The position numbers were made by a program, and so were the translations under genes. Shown here piece by piece: positions 28,850-37,518 of a stretch of DNA of 64,000 nt. Below the pieces are notes generated by a model. It had not been told where the DNA came from, did no database searches, and saw nothing but the letters and a program-made list of their open reading frames with translations. The stretch covers positions 96,001 to 160,000 of the forward strand of contig JBFWWG010000009.1 of the NCBI GenBank assembly GCA_050246315.1, given 5' to 3'. How positions within the stretch are numbered: the stretch's first letter is position 1; every line of letters begins with the position of its first letter. This DNA comes from Nitrospiraceae bacterium. GTDB lineage: Bacteria > Nitrospirota > Nitrospiria > Nitrospirales > Nitrospiraceae.

Positions 28850-29521
28850 TCAGCGAATTTGGCGATGGGCGGGAGAGGAAGGCTTCGCCAGCCCGCGGTG
28901 CCACCGGCGTAAGTGAGGCAAGGTCGGCAGCCTCGTCTTTCGGTTGAAGAGATAGTTTTCGACCACACCAAAGAGACTGTAATCCACGAAGAGGGGGCGA
29001 TCGGCAATCAGGAACGGTGACGATGCCAACAGGTTGTCGAGCGGTTTCAACAGTTCCTCGAATTGAGCACAGAGATATGTGCGGTGGCTCGTCCATTCCT
29101 GGAGACAGCCTCGTCCGAATTTCCGCTCCTTGTGCCGAACCACCATGACGCGCTCGACAAGGGGACGAGACGGGATCACGTAGGTGTCGTTCACCTTGAA
29201 CCCGACCATTTCAAGATCATTTTCAATGTAGCGGGATAGGATGAGCTGCAAGCCTTCGAGTGCTTTTGGAAACAGATTCAGGTTGAAGCGGCGATCGAGA
29301 TACCGTGCCACCTCTTGCCCGAAATCCGTGACATCACACACTGCGTGCCTGCCATCGAGTACACAAGGCACCGTGTGGCCGCGACCGTTGGTGGCGCTGA
29401 TTATTGAGGCCCGCTCGTGATAGGGAATGTTGCGCAGACGGAACGGGATGCCGTTCCGTTCAAGCATATGCCGCACCGCGATACAGAACGGCGACCAGGG
29501 AAATTGAATCAGCGTGAGCAT
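28850..29521 (-). CDS. Glutathione S-transferase family protein
   Basis: QFPWSPFC, TVPCVLDG, PFLIADRPLFVDYSLFG. Confidence 0.85.
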   Translation of the reverse strand: MLTLIQFPWSPFCIAVRHMLERNGIPFRLRNIPYHERASIISATNGRGHTVPCVLDGRHAVCDVTDFGQEVARYLDRRFNLNLFPKALEGLQLILSRYIENDLEMVGFKVNDTYVIPSRPLVERVMVVRHKERKFGRGCLQEWTSHRTYLCAQFEELLKPLDNLLASSPFLIADRPLFVDYSLFGVVENYLFNRKTRLPTLPHLRRWHRGLAKPSSPAHRQIR

Positions 29522-29607
29522 GAGGATGAGACGTTATATGGCGCAAGCGGGGACAGAATTCAAGTGCGGCGGCGCCGAGTGTGAGTGACACGATCCAGGA
29601 CCGATCC

Positions 29608-30624
29608 TCATCCTGGAGACGTCCTCTGCGTGTTAAGGCCGGCGGTTTCGAGGACCGCTCGAACGGCCTCGATGACGAGCTCCGGCTGATCGAATTGAAT
29701 GAAGTGGCTGCTCCGGTCGGCGAAGACTTGCCGGCTGTTGGTGGAGAGCTTCATGAGGTCCGCCTGTAGTTGAAGCCACATCTGCCGGAACCGCGCCATG
29801 TCCACGGTGGGCGGCATGTCGGGCCACCAGGTTGGTCCGGTGGCGGTGAGAATGGTCAACGGCAGATCACCGAGCGGGTCTGTGCGCTGGACTTGAATGC
29901 AGGTCTCCTCCAACGCGGAGCCTTCGTCGGCCATGGTCGCGAAATAGCGTGTTTGCGTCCATCCGGCTCGGAGCATGGGACGAATCTCGGGAGGCACCTT
30001 TTCTTCATGCTCGGCGAAGAGCGGCGGCAGGAGATCGAACGCTGTCAACAGTCGCGTGACGCCCAGTGATGTCACGGCGCCGATGATCGGGAACGCGATC
30101 TTGCCGGGCGCGACAAATTTGCGGAACTCTTCCTGTGCAAATTGACGCTCGTGTCCCGCATCGACCAGGACGATTCCCAGCACGTCCTTTGGATGAATCT
30201 GCCGATAGAGCCGGACAATGAAACCGCCGAGCGAATGGCCGACGAGGACATAGGGGCCGGCGATACCGGAGCGAGTGAGCAGGGTATGGAGCTCGTTGGC
30301 AATGCGCCGGCCGGTTCTCGGCGAAGGCCCCGATTCACTCCAGCCGAATCCCGCCCGATCATACGAACAGACCCGCGTGACCTTCGCGAGAGCCGGTTGG
30401 ACGTTGCTCCAATAGACCGACCAACCCAGACCCGATGCCTCCAAGATCACGGTGGGACTGCCCTCGCCCGTGCAGTAGAGATGGAGCTGATGCCCGCCGA
30501 CGTCGATGAGATCGCCGGGAGGCGGATGGCGCGCTTGATCGATCGCCGTACCGACGGCCTGATACCCCACGCCGATCAGCGCGAGCAGAAACAATCCGCC
30601 AAGCAGCCGAATCAGCCAGCGCAT
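29608..30624 (-). CDS. Alpha/beta hydrolase
   Basis: CSYDRAGFGWS, GHSLGG nucleophile elbow, SSHFIQFDQP. Confidence 0.92.
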   Translation of the reverse strand: MRWLIRLLGGLFLLALIGVGYQAVGTAIDQARHPPPGDLIDVGGHQLHLYCTGEGSPTVILEASGLGWSVYWSNVQPALAKVTRVCSYDRAGFGWSESGPSPRTGRRIANELHTLLTRSGIAGPYVLVGHSLGGFIVRLYRQIHPKDVLGIVLVDAGHERQFAQEEFRKFVAPGKIAFPIIGAVTSLGVTRLLTAFDLLPPLFAEHEEKVPPEIRPMLRAGWTQTRYFATMADEGSALEETCIQVQRTDPLGDLPLTILTATGPTWWPDMPPTVDMARFRQMWLQLQADLMKLSTNSRQVFADRSSHFIQFDQPELVIEAVRAVLETAGLNTQRTSPG

Positions 30625-30766
30625 GGAGGGGTATTGTCTACATTTATAGAATCTGAATCAAACTGAGAAGGCCGGCGTGGAGACTTGTGCGGGATGTCGC
30701 CTCCGTCGTCAAATGGCATGCCAAATGACGACTCTGTCGACATGGTCGTGCGTGAGAAATAGGGGT

Positions 30767-30892
30767 AGGGCGACTTAGTGCATCTCAAACTTCGCGCGTC
30801 CAACGAGGGCCTCCGATTCAATAGCCTGCTCCCGTCCAATCCTTCTGAGGCCGCGCATTGCGCGAGCACAAGAGATGGATCAGGTCGTCCCT
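30767..30892 (+). other. Long nested hairpin (candidate structured RNA or interspersed repeat)
   Basis: AGGGCGACTTAGTGCATCTC pairs with GAGATGGATCAGGTCGTCCCT; inner stems TTCGCGCG/TGCGCGAG and GGCCTC/GAGGCC. Confidence 0.5.
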
Positions 30893-30974
30893 TTGCTCCT
30901 TGTGTTACGATGCGGCGCTGTCGGTCTCAAGATTGAGAAAAAACGTTTCATATCCCATCCTAGATGCCATGATC

Positions 30975-31193
30975 ACGCTTGCTGGACTGGTTGACGTGGT
31001 GGGAAGGAAAACGAAATCGTGACGCTCACTGACCAAGGAGGTCCGTCCGCTGTTCTGCTCGGTAACGGATCAGTACGAGGGGCTCATTGAGACGGTCGAG
31101 ATCCTCAGCGACCGGAGGGCGATGCGTTCGATTGGGCGATCAATGAAGCAGGTTGAGAGGGGGAGAGGGTGTGTGACGGAGAAGTGTTTGACC
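30975..31193 (+). pseudogene. Frameshifted Phd/YefM antitoxin remnant
   Basis: Reads ENEIVTLTDQGGPSAVLLG, then after a frameshift TDQYEGLIETVEILSDRRAMRSIGRSMKQVERG; homologous to 32115..32393. Confidence 0.75.
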
Positions 31194-31230
31194 TTGCTCA
31201 TGATCGATGACGTGTCCCTTGAACACCTTT

Positions 31231-31575
31231 TTATGGTGCAAACATTTCCTGTAAGACTCCAAGGACTGCGGTAAGGGTTCCAGGGGTCACGCGTCCGAGC
31301 CGCCTGACGAAGCGCTCAGGATCGACCGCGCGCAATTGATCTAGTCCGACGAATCCCGTACGGTCGCGGAAGCGACAGCGTACACGCCAGGGATAGGCGT
31401 GCCCTCCGGTGGTCATGGGTGCCACGATCACCGTTTGCAGGTGGTGATTGATCTCATCGGGAGAAATGACCAGGCAGGGCCTTGGTTTTCGGATTTCGCT
31501 GCCTCGGATGGGATCGAGCTCGATCAGGTAGACTTCACCACGTGTTGGTGGAGCGTGCTCTACCGCCACTTCCAC
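31231..31575 (-). CDS. PemK/MazF family toxin
   Basis: RGEVYLIELDPIRGSEIRKPRPCLVISPD, VIVAPMTT, LDQLRAVD. Confidence 0.93.
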   Translation of the reverse strand: MEVAVEHAPPTRGEVYLIELDPIRGSEIRKPRPCLVISPDEINHHLQTVIVAPMTTGGHAYPWRVRCRFRDRTGFVGLDQLRAVDPERFVRRLGRVTPGTLTAVLGVLQEMFAP

Positions 31576-31811
31576 TCTTCCTTATCGAATCGAGTCGGCG
31601 TTGGCTGGTCGAGGAGCTGGTCCTCGCCCCGCTCTCGCATGCGCCGGGCGGCTTCAGCCCAACCAGCCCGTGGTTTCGCCGCCTTGGAAATCAGAATTCG
31701 GCCAGGCTCCGCTTGGAGATCGACTTCACCCTCAAGCTGGGCTTCCTGAAGCAACGGCTTGGGGATGCGGATTCCTTTGGAGTTGCCGATCCGAACGATT
31801 TGCGCTTTCAT
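31560..31811 (-). CDS. AbrB/MazE family antitoxin
   Basis: MKAQIVRIGNSKGIRIPK...EEWKW; overlaps the toxin start. Confidence 0.93.
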   Translation of the reverse strand: MKAQIVRIGNSKGIRIPKPLLQEAQLEGEVDLQAEPGRILISKAAKPRAGWAEAARRMRERGEDQLLDQPTPTRFDKEEWKWR

Positions 31812-31823
31812 CCGTATCTCCTA

Positions 31824-31861
31824 TGAGCCTACATTGTAATCACATTCCGGGTCCCGAGCAA
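31824..31861 (-). promoter_or_regulatory. mazEF-like promoter and operator
   Basis: TTGCTC-17-TACAAT, overlapping TGTGATTACA-A-TGTAGGCTCA. Confidence 0.55.
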
Positions 31862-31912
31862 ACCCGTCTTGGTTGATTTACAAGCAACCGGCGGGTTGCT
31901 AGGATGCGTCGC

Positions 31913-32040
31913 GTGAAACACCTTGTCGTCCTGATCTGGGCCGCGCTGGCTGTTCTCGAATCGGGCGCCCTCGCCCTCGTTACCGGTCTCATCAATCCCC
32001 ATGAAAAAGTGAGGGGGCCAGGCCGGTCGTCGTGGTGGGC
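31913..32040 (+). pseudogene. Relic 5' fragment of cstA
   Basis: ALALVTGLINPHEKV matches IALAHVTGLVNPHEKV of cstA (about 32780-32830) at DNA and protein level. Confidence 0.75.
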
Positions 32041-32056
32041 TGAAGGATCCTCCGGC

Positions 32057-32089
32057 TTGCCAGGGTCACTATCGGCCATTATAATGGCC
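32057..32089 (+). promoter_or_regulatory. TA promoter with palindromic operator
   Basis: TTGCCA-17-TATAAT; the -10 lies inside the perfect palindrome GGCCATTATAATGGCC (32074-32089). Confidence 0.75.
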
Positions 32090-32114
32090 ACTAATAAAGC
32101 TATACGAGGTGGCC

Positions 32115-32393
32115 ATGCCGCAAGTGGATGAGTTTGTCTCTGTCAGCGAGGCCAAGAATAAGCTGTTGGATTTGATCCGGAGGATGAAGCACAAGCAGGA
32201 GGTCGTGGCCATTACGCGGGACGGCGTCCCGTCCGCCGTGCTTCTGAGCATGGATCAGTTTGAGGGCCTCATGGAGACAATCGAGATTCTGAGCGATCAG
32301 AAATCGATGCGGATCCTGAGACGGTCCTTGAAACAGGCTGAGAAAGGGAAGTGGGTTCGCCATGAGGCCGTGTTTGGCCGCGAGGATCTGTGA
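32115..32393 (+). CDS. Phd/YefM family antitoxin
   Basis: VSVSEAKNKLLDLI, ITRDGVPSAVLLS, ETIEILSD; GAGGT RBS. Confidence 0.92.
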   Translation: MPQVDEFVSVSEAKNKLLDLIRRMKHKQEVVAITRDGVPSAVLLSMDQFEGLMETIEILSDQKSMRILRRSLKQAEKGKWVRHEAVFGREDL

Positions 32394-32686
32394 AAGGGTA
32401 TCGGGCGCGGTATACCACAGATGCCGCCGAGCGAATTCGGAAGCTGCACCCACAGGTCAAGCGTGAAATTCGGGAAGGGATCAGAGAACTCCTTGTTTCT
32501 CCCCTTGCAGGGCGTCTTCTCCAGTTTGAGTTAGCCGGGCTTCGATCCTATCGCGTTCGGACCTATCGAATTATCTATCGCGTTCATGATGACGAGTCTT
32601 GTCTTGATATCATCTTTGTCGGACCTCGCCGCAATGTCTATGAGGAACTGAGAACACTACTGCTCGCGCAACGCGGAGATGAATAA
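32390..32686 (+). CDS. RelE/ParE family toxin
   Basis: LAGLRSYRVRTYRIIYRV...VGPRRNVYE; GTGA overlap with the antitoxin. Confidence 0.92.
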   Translation: MKGYRARYTTDAAERIRKLHPQVKREIREGIRELLVSPLAGRLLQFELAGLRSYRVRTYRIIYRVHDDESCLDIIFVGPRRNVYEELRTLLLAQRGDE

Positions 32687-32737
32687 TGCCTCGCCTTTTA
32701 ACCCGTTCTCCATTTTGTTAGCATCCTTTGGCGATTT

Positions 32738-34735
32738 ATGATGAGGGCCTTCCTTTGGGGTTCCCTTTCGATCCTTGGTGCAATCGCGCTCGCCCACGTC
32801 ACCGGCCTCGTCAATCCCCACGAAAAAGTGAACGGACTCTGGCTGGTCGTGGCGGCGGCGTGCATCTATGTGCTGGCCTTCCGGTTTTATGGCCGGTGGA
32901 TCGCCCGGCGCGTGGTCGAGCTTGACGATCGGCGGATCACCCCCGCGGTCCGACTGAACGACGGGGTCAATTACCACCCCACCAACAAGGCCGTGCTGTT
33001 CGGCCATCACTTCGCGGCCATCGCCGGTGCCGGTCCGTTACTCGGTCCGGTGCTGGCAGCGCAGTTCGGCTTCCTGCCGGGCTTTCTCTGGCTGGTGATC
33101 GGCGCGGTGCTGGCTGGCGCGGTGCAGGATTTCATCATCTTGGTTGCCTCGATGCGTCGCAATGGCCGGTCGCTTCCGGAGATCGCGCGTGACGAGTTGG
33201 GGTTGGTCACCGGGACAGCCACCGCCGTCGCGGTGTTATTCATTGTCGTGGTGGCGCTGGCCGGTTTAGGGTTCGCGGTTGTCAATGCACTGTATCGGAA
33301 TGCTTGGGGTACCTTCACCATTGCGATGACGATCCCTATCGGCTTCGTCATGGGGTTGTATCTCCAGCGATTGCGCCCCGGCCGGATCGTCGAGGTGTCG
33401 CTGCTCGGCATCGTCCTGCTGGTTGCCGCGGTGCTGTCCGGCCGCCTCGTCGCGCAGTCGTCTCTTGCTTGGCTGTTTGAATTCGAGCGACCGACCCTGG
33501 TTTGGTTGCTGGCCGGCTATGGCTTTCTTGCCTCGGTACTGCCCGGCTGGATGTTGCTGGTGCCGCGTGGCTACCTCTCCACCTTTATGAAGCTGGGCGT
33601 GGTGTTCCTCCTGGGCGTCGGTGTGATCCTGATGGCTCCGACGATCGAAATGCCGCGTGTGACCATCTTTGCTCGCGGCGGCGGGCCAATTATTCCGGGC
33701 ACGCTCTTCCCGTTCCTCTTTATCACGATCGCCTGCGGGGCCGTGTCCGGCTTTCATGCGCTCGTCTCCTCCGGCACCACGCCGAAGATGATCGAACAGG
33801 AATCCCAGGCGACGGTCGGCTACGGCGCAATGTTGCTGGAAAGTTTCGTGGGCGTCATGGCGCTGATTGCCGCGTCGGTGCTGATCCCGGGCGATTACCT
33901 GGCGATCAACACGATGTTGTCGTTCGAATCACTGGCCTCGATGGGTTTCCCTGTCTCGCGAGTTCAGGAACTGTCTCAGTTGGTGGAGGTGGATGTGGTC
34001 GGTCGGCCGGGCGGGGCGGTCTCGCTCGCGGTCGGCATGGCGTCCATTTTTGCGGCGCTCCCTGGCATGGCCGGCTTGATGGCCTATTGGTATCAGTTTG
34101 CGCTGGTGTTCGAGGCACTGTTCATCCTGACCACGATCGATACCGGCACGAGGGTGGCTCGCTATCTGATTCAAGAAATGGCTGGACGGCTCTATCCTCC
34201 CTTTCGCCGCATGAATTGGTGGCCCGGCGTTCTGTTGAGCAGCGGCTTGGTGGTAGGAGGGTGGGGTTACCTCATTGGGACCGGGAGCATTTCGACAATC
34301 TGGCCGATGTTCGGCGCGGCGAATCAATTGCTCGGCACTTTGGCTCTTTGCATCGGGACTACAGTCTTGATCAAAATGTGGAAGTCGCAGTATCTCTGGG
34401 TGACGGCGGTGCCGATGCTGTTCGTGGGGGCGATCACATTGACCGGCTCCTATGAGATGTTCGGCCTGTTCCTGTCAAAAGCGGCGACGCTCGGAGCAAG
34501 CGGCCAGGCCTTTGCTCTTTACCTGGATGCTGTGCTTGTGGCGGCGGTAGCGATCTTGGGCGTGATCGTTCTGGTGGACGGTTTGAGACAGTGGTATGGC
34601 TACATCATCTTAAAGCGGCCCTTTACCAGCAGCGAAGTGGTCGCCATGGCCGGGGCGGGATCGGCCGGGCGCATGCAACCGACCATGCGGGATGAGTCGG
34701 AGGGTTTCCATATTCCAGGCGGAGGCTGTTGCTAG
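32738..34735 (+). CDS. cstA: Carbon starvation protein A (peptide/pyruvate transporter)
   Basis: TPAVRLNDG, FGHHFAAIAGAGPLLGP, FITIACGAVSGFHAL, WPMFGAANQLL. Confidence 0.95.
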   Translation: MMRAFLWGSLSILGAIALAHVTGLVNPHEKVNGLWLVVAAACIYVLAFRFYGRWIARRVVELDDRRITPAVRLNDGVNYHPTNKAVLFGHHFAAIAGAGPLLGPVLAAQFGFLPGFLWLVIGAVLAGAVQDFIILVASMRRNGRSLPEIARDELGLVTGTATAVAVLFIVVVALAGLGFAVVNALYRNAWGTFTIAMTIPIGFVMGLYLQRLRPGRIVEVSLLGIVLLVAAVLSGRLVAQSSLAWLFEFERPTLVWLLAGYGFLASVLPGWMLLVPRGYLSTFMKLGVVFLLGVGVILMAPTIEMPRVTIFARGGGPIIPGTLFPFLFITIACGAVSGFHALVSSGTTPKMIEQESQATVGYGAMLLESFVGVMALIAASVLIPGDYLAINTMLSFESLASMGFPVSRVQELSQLVEVDVVGRPGGAVSLAVGMASIFAALPGMAGLMAYWYQFALVFEALFILTTIDTGTRVARYLIQEMAGRLYPPFRRMNWWPGVLLSSGLVVGGWGYLIGTGSISTIWPMFGAANQLLGTLALCIGTTVLIKMWKSQYLWVTAVPMLFVGAITLTGSYEMFGLFLSKAATLGASGQAFALYLDAVLVAAVAILGVIVLVDGLRQWYGYIILKRPFTSSEVVAMAGAGSAGRMQPTMRDESEGFHIPGGGCC

Positions 34736-34744
34736 GAGATCACC

Positions 34745-35242
34745 ATGGCGGATCAATTTTCATTCGATGTCGTATCGGAAGTGAACATGCAGGAGATGAA
34801 GAACGTCGTCGATCAGGCGACGAAGGAGATCAAGCAGCGATTCGACTTCAAGGACTCCAAGACGGAGATCACGCTGAAGGAGAAGGAAAAGGAACTGGTC
34901 GTGATCTCCGATGACGACTATAAGTTGAATGCGGTGAACGAGATTATCAAGGCGAAATGCGTCAAGCGCGGCGTCTCGCTCAAGGCCCTGAACTACGGCG
35001 CGATCGAGCCGGCGTTAGGGGGAACGGTCCGGCAGGTCGTCAAGATTCAGAGCGGCATCGTGGCGGACAAGGCTAAGGAGATCACCAGGTCCGTAAAGGA
35101 CTCGAAGCTGAAAGTGCAGGCGCAGATCCAAGGCGAGCAAGTCCGCATCGTGAGCAAGAGCAAGGATGAACTCCAATCCGCCATCGCCTTCTTGAAACAG
35201 CAAGACTTCGGGATCGATCTCCAGTTCACGAACTACCGGTAA
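34745..35242 (+). CDS. yajQ: YajQ family nucleotide/c-di-GMP-binding protein
   Basis: SFDVVSEV, RFDFK, KVQAQIQGEQVR, LQFTNYR. Confidence 0.95.
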   Translation: MADQFSFDVVSEVNMQEMKNVVDQATKEIKQRFDFKDSKTEITLKEKEKELVVISDDDYKLNAVNEIIKAKCVKRGVSLKALNYGAIEPALGGTVRQVVKIQSGIVADKAKEITRSVKDSKLKVQAQIQGEQVRIVSKSKDELQSAIAFLKQQDFGIDLQFTNYR

Positions 35243-36288
35243 TGCGCGACCTATCACGCGGCTTGCCTTGGGCAGCCGGCCCCTGCTTAGTGCTGTTCTT
35301 CCTGCTTCTGCTGACGGGGTGCGGCGGCAGTGACGCCATTGTCGTGATCGCCGCCCACCCGCAGAACCCCAACATCCTCTACGTGGCGACCAACGACTAT
35401 ATCTATAAGACACGCGACTCGGGGCAGACCTGGGAGAATATTTCGAGGGGAATGACGCATTCGCGCGTCATTGCGCTGGCCATTGATCCGGCCTACCCGG
35501 CCACGGTCTACGCCGGCACCAAGGGCGATGCGATCTTCAAGAGTCACAATGGCGGCCAGTCATGGGTATCGAAACGGGCCGGGTTGGACGACGTGACGAT
35601 CAGCTCCGTCGTGAATCAATTCGTGTTCGATCCCCAGGACGCCAACCACGTCTATGTTGCGACGACCATGGGGGTCTCCGAATCGAAGGACGGTGGCGAT
35701 ATTTGGCGCAAACGGATGGAGGGAATGAAGGAAGTGTTGATGGTCGTCACGCTCTGTTTGGACCCTACCAGGCCGAACATCATGTATGCAGGCACGAGCG
35801 GCGGCGTGTACCGCAGTTTCTCCGGGGCCGAGATTTGGGAGAAGACCAACGAGGGACTCGTCCCGGCCGAATTGGTGAAATCGAGCCGTGCCCTGGGCGT
35901 GACGATGATCGAGGTTGACCGTTTCGAGCCTGACACGGTCTATGCGGCAACGCTCAACGGCCTCTACAAATCGGTGGACAAGGGCGCGATGTGGAAGCGG
36001 ATCGGGGAGAAGCTGACGGACCCCATTATTCCCGTGATGGTGCTGGATCGAACCCGAAGGGGCGTTCTCTATATTGCCGGGCGGTTTGGTGTGCTGCGTA
36101 GCGAGGACGGAGGTGACACCTGGCAGCCAGTCAATCAGGGGTTGGCCACATTGAATGTGCGCTCGCTCGTGCAGAGCCCGATCAATTCGAACCTATATTA
36201 TCTCGGCACGAACGGCAGCGGCATGTATCGGAGCGAGGATGCGGGGGCAACGTGGCATGCGATGCCGCCGGTGAAAGCCAAAACCTGA
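35242..36288 (+). CDS. BNR/VPS10-like beta-propeller lipoprotein
   Basis: Lipobox LTGC; repeated Asp-box (S/T-x-D-x-G-x-x-W) motifs. Confidence 0.85.
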   Translation: MRDLSRGLPWAAGPCLVLFFLLLLTGCGGSDAIVVIAAHPQNPNILYVATNDYIYKTRDSGQTWENISRGMTHSRVIALAIDPAYPATVYAGTKGDAIFKSHNGGQSWVSKRAGLDDVTISSVVNQFVFDPQDANHVYVATTMGVSESKDGGDIWRKRMEGMKEVLMVVTLCLDPTRPNIMYAGTSGGVYRSFSGAEIWEKTNEGLVPAELVKSSRALGVTMIEVDRFEPDTVYAATLNGLYKSVDKGAMWKRIGEKLTDPIIPVMVLDRTRRGVLYIAGRFGVLRSEDGGDTWQPVNQGLATLNVRSLVQSPINSNLYYLGTNGSGMYRSEDAGATWHAMPPVKAKT

Positions 36289-36362
36289 ACAGGATGGTGG
36301 AAGAGCCCGCGAGCGTTGTTCCTATGTCGCTCAGTGGTTCGACGTATGGGGCAGAGACGTCG

Positions 36363-37358
36363 TCAACGATTCAGGTCGGAGTCGCCGATCTCTCCGCCCA
36401 CTCGTGCCGGCAATGAGGAGGACGGTCTGTTTCCTCCGCCTATTTGGTCGCCGTAGCGTGGGTCGAGGCTGGTGTCCTGGAGGTCTTGGCCCGGTCTGAT
36501 GGGGAGCGTGCTGTCTTGCGTATTCAGACCGGCTTTGGGTCGCAGAGCGCGTGATAGATCGCTATAGGGCGAGACGACCTCGCCGATTTCGGACCCCGTG
36601 GCATTCGGCAGGTCGGAGGATTCAATCGTCGGCCCGATGCGATTGGGGAGAGAACTATCGGAGATGTCCTTTCCGGTGCGAGCCCGTTGCGACGCGTCAG
36701 GAGGCCGAAACTCTTGTTGAAGGCTCTCCCGGTCTTCATCGAGCGCTCTGGTTCTGACGCCGGCCTCCTCGTAGTCGAGCCGATCGACTTGGATCTGGGC
36801 ATCCCCGATTTTGCCCAACCGTTGTCGGATCGTTTGAAGATTTCGTTGCGCGATCGCGACTTGGACGATTATCCCGTTGATCAACTGAGGCCTGGTGGAG
36901 GTGGCGACGTTCAGCGCTCCGGATCGTTGAATCTCGCTCAAGAGATGGGACGCCTGCTCCTCCAGATCGATGACCTCTCCGAGTTGGCCGACGTTTGCGG
37001 CACAGCAGACAAGAAAGGCGCGGTAATCGCTTAGGAAGCGTGCGGCCGTCGATTCGATGTCCTCGCTTTTGATCGCCGGCCGGCCGGGTGACGGCGATGC
37101 GGTTCCGGCGGCCTTCCGATTCGGCGACACCAAGGGATTGCATCCGGCCTCCGGGTTAGCGATGATTTGCTGGCCATCCGGTCTATCGGGGCACCAGTAG
37201 ATAACGGAGGTGCGGTTTGCGAGGGAGCCTTTCTGTCCTGCCGGTTGCGCCGGCTGGGCCGAGATGCTCATGAGCACCGCCGAGCCGATGAAGAGCCGAG
37301 TCGTCAATGGAAAACCGAAGCCTTTGAGTAAGGATCGAGCGAATCCTTGATGTGTCAT
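36363..37358 (-). CDS. Exported hypothetical protein with C-terminal 13-aa repeats
   Basis: 331-aa ORF with signal-like N-terminus; TTGACG-17-GACAAT-6 nt-ATG upstream. Confidence 0.7.
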   Translation of the reverse strand: MTHQGFARSLLKGFGFPLTTRLFIGSAVLMSISAQPAQPAGQKGSLANRTSVIYWCPDRPDGQQIIANPEAGCNPLVSPNRKAAGTASPSPGRPAIKSEDIESTAARFLSDYRAFLVCCAANVGQLGEVIDLEEQASHLLSEIQRSGALNVATSTRPQLINGIIVQVAIAQRNLQTIRQRLGKIGDAQIQVDRLDYEEAGVRTRALDEDRESLQQEFRPPDASQRARTGKDISDSSLPNRIGPTIESSDLPNATGSEIGEVVSPYSDLSRALRPKAGLNTQDSTLPIRPGQDLQDTSLDPRYGDQIGGGNRPSSSLPARVGGEIGDSDLNR

Positions 37359-37518
37359 GGAATGATTGTCCAGTCGAGGCCACGATCCGTCAAGATTGAT
37401 CCTATTTTGAGCAGCCGAAATGTCTGAACAGGTGCGACCATCATCCGCCGCACCTGCCCGTCAGGTGATGGTGTGATAAGGCGGTGTCGAGACCGATCAC
37501 GATAGGAGTACCTGCGTT

